Assembly (NCBI GenBank): GCA_040954595.2
Contig: CM082592.2
Coordinates: 3,674,735-3,738,734 of the forward strand
DNA length: 64,000 nucleotides
Origin: Balanoglossus misakiensis
Lineage: Eukaryota; Animalia; Hemichordata
Direction of reading: 5' to 3'
Position numbers and translations under genes: made by a program. This document shows positions 62,479 through 64,000 of this stretch, one piece after another. Position 1 is the first letter of the stretch. Every line of letters starts with the position of its first letter. The notes under the pieces were generated by a model. That model made no database searches. It was not told the origin of the DNA and was given only the letters and a program-made list of their open reading frames with translations.

Positions 62479-63372
62479 ATGTTTATAGAAGTCAAAATGG
62501 TCGACAGTGACAGACGGATCGTGTCCACGCACGACATTATTTCGAATCGGTTCCTGAGATGCCGATTGAAAATTTACTTGCCTGGTTTAGTCTTATCCAC
62601 AACCGTTATCAGTTCCGTTGATATGTGGCGAATTGGAATGCGTGAAATGAAGAAGGTCATGGATCAACGTGGTAAAACGCTAAACAAGAATATCATGCAG
62701 ATGACGAAGTGTCCTCTGACATATTTATCCCATGAATTTCGCGATAATGGCGTTAAACGCGAATATTCAAGGGTAATAGCTAATTATAAAACGAGGGAAC
62801 GTAAGAGATTAGAGGCAAAGGGGATTCGCGCGCTTGTGCATAGATTAACAGAATCGACGTACAATGACAAAGAGTCAATCGCAGCTTTAAGGTCTGATTT
62901 GACTAAAAGGGAACAGCGTATTTCGAGACTCGACCTTAAAACACACACACAAGCGCCAATGTTACCATCGGTTAACCAGGTATGTCAATGTGCAAAAGCG
63001 GATATCTTGTATGATGGGGAACAAATGCCACCGCGTGAAATTAACACTGGATCATCAGATAGTGAAGAAGAATATCAGACTGGTCACACCAGTGACAGCG
63101 ATGGATACAACCACGACAATGAAGATAGTTCGGATGAGGAAGACATTGACGGTGACAGTGCGTTCGCACCCACACATAGAGAAAAACTGTGCAGTATGGC
63201 CTTCTTGAGACACAACCCTTATGGGGTTGTAGGGTTTAACACAAGGCACGATGAAGAGAGGTTACACTGGTATAGGCTAGTAAAAAAGAACGAGAAAAAT
63301 AGGATAAACAGTGTTAAACATCTCAGTATACACGACGTGCGTCAATTATGGGCCAGAAAGCGTGTAAAGTAA
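62479..63372 (+). CDS. Hypothetical protein with acidic tract and basic C-terminus
   Basis: 297-aa ORF directly after the previous stop codon. Confidence 0.6.
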   Translation: MFIEVKMVDSDRRIVSTHDIISNRFLRCRLKIYLPGLVLSTTVISSVDMWRIGMREMKKVMDQRGKTLNKNIMQMTKCPLTYLSHEFRDNGVKREYSRVIANYKTRERKRLEAKGIRALVHRLTESTYNDKESIAALRSDLTKREQRISRLDLKTHTQAPMLPSVNQVCQCAKADILYDGEQMPPREINTGSSDSEEEYQTGHTSDSDGYNHDNEDSSDEEDIDGDSAFAPTHREKLCSMAFLRHNPYGVVGFNTRHDEERLHWYRLVKKNEKNRINSVKHLSIHDVRQLWARKRVK

Positions 63373-63415
63373 ACTGTATATTAACGGGGTGGTTATGTCA
63401 ATGGCATGATTGACG

Positions 63416-63961
63416 ATGATCAAATATTTCGCGTTCTATTTGGCATTTGTGTGCGTCGTAAGCGGCGTTACAACCGGTTACGGCATGACATTGTTAGACC
63501 TTAGGAAGTGTACCAATGAAACAATTCCGTGGTACTGTGCAGACCATAGTTACTGTCCACCATGTAATGAATCTAAAACATATACGCGTGTTTGTTCTGA
63601 TATCATAACAATAGGAAAATCTGACGACGATCAGACTGTGTCTGTTGTCGGTAACATTTGCAACTGTACTTGCGGCAACATCACATGCGGCCGCATAAAT
63701 TCCACATTCCATTTATACATTCGACAGCCATCCGAATGTCAACTACCTGTAGATTGGAATGATTATCCATCTGTTGGTGATGATGTAACGCCCAATGACC
63801 GGTACGCACCAAAACAAGTTCAACAGAACGTGCATACGTCAAATGACGGCCGCATCAGTATCTGTCCAATGTTTGGAGTGAACACAGCTGATTCTCCCAT
63901 ATCTTCAAGGTCGTCATTGATAACAGTTATTCTCACATTGAGTGCGGTTGCTTTTCAATAA
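63416..63961 (+). CDS. Small Cys-rich glycoprotein, possibly GPI-anchored
   Basis: Signal peptide, five N-x-S/T sequons and a terminal hydrophobic tail with no cytoplasmic segment. AATAAA overlaps the stop. Confidence 0.7.
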   Translation: MIKYFAFYLAFVCVVSGVTTGYGMTLLDLRKCTNETIPWYCADHSYCPPCNESKTYTRVCSDIITIGKSDDDQTVSVVGNICNCTCGNITCGRINSTFHLYIRQPSECQLPVDWNDYPSVGDDVTPNDRYAPKQVQQNVHTSNDGRISICPMFGVNTADSPISSRSSLITVILTLSAVAFQ

Positions 63962-64000
63962 AATCACCCACTTCTTATTCACATACTTTTTCGTCTGAAC

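Noticed and set aside
1-64000. Terminase, helicase/primase, tRNA or rRNA genes
   Set aside because: No supporting motifs were seen in this window.

Overview
The window is a gene-dense, 64-kb segment of a large nuclear dsDNA virus of an animal, probably a marine invertebrate. It carries a Duplodnaviria (herpesvirus/mirusvirus-type) virion module: an HK97-type major capsid protein, an assemblin-like protease-scaffold, two triplex candidates and a possible portal. Replication and nucleotide genes are a motif-degenerate family-B DNA polymerase, a deoxynucleoside kinase, the RNR small subunit, and PD-(D/E)XK and HNH nucleases. It also has a large ubiquitin/apoptosis toolkit: two BIR-RING IAPs, a MARCH ligase, a BTB-Kelch protein, two BTB-Siva-like proteins, an OTU protease and a RING-H2 protein. 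Reading outside the ORF track shows several spliceosomal introns, a hidden spliced histone H3-like gene, and three host-type non-autonomous DNA transposons. One of these, a PIF/Harbinger-type element with a TAA target duplication, has captured a host CDK5 activator (p35) fragment and supplies its start codon, producing a p25-like minimal activator. All family assignments come from manual motif recognition, not database searches. The sequence alone cannot show whether this is a free virus or an endogenized copy.
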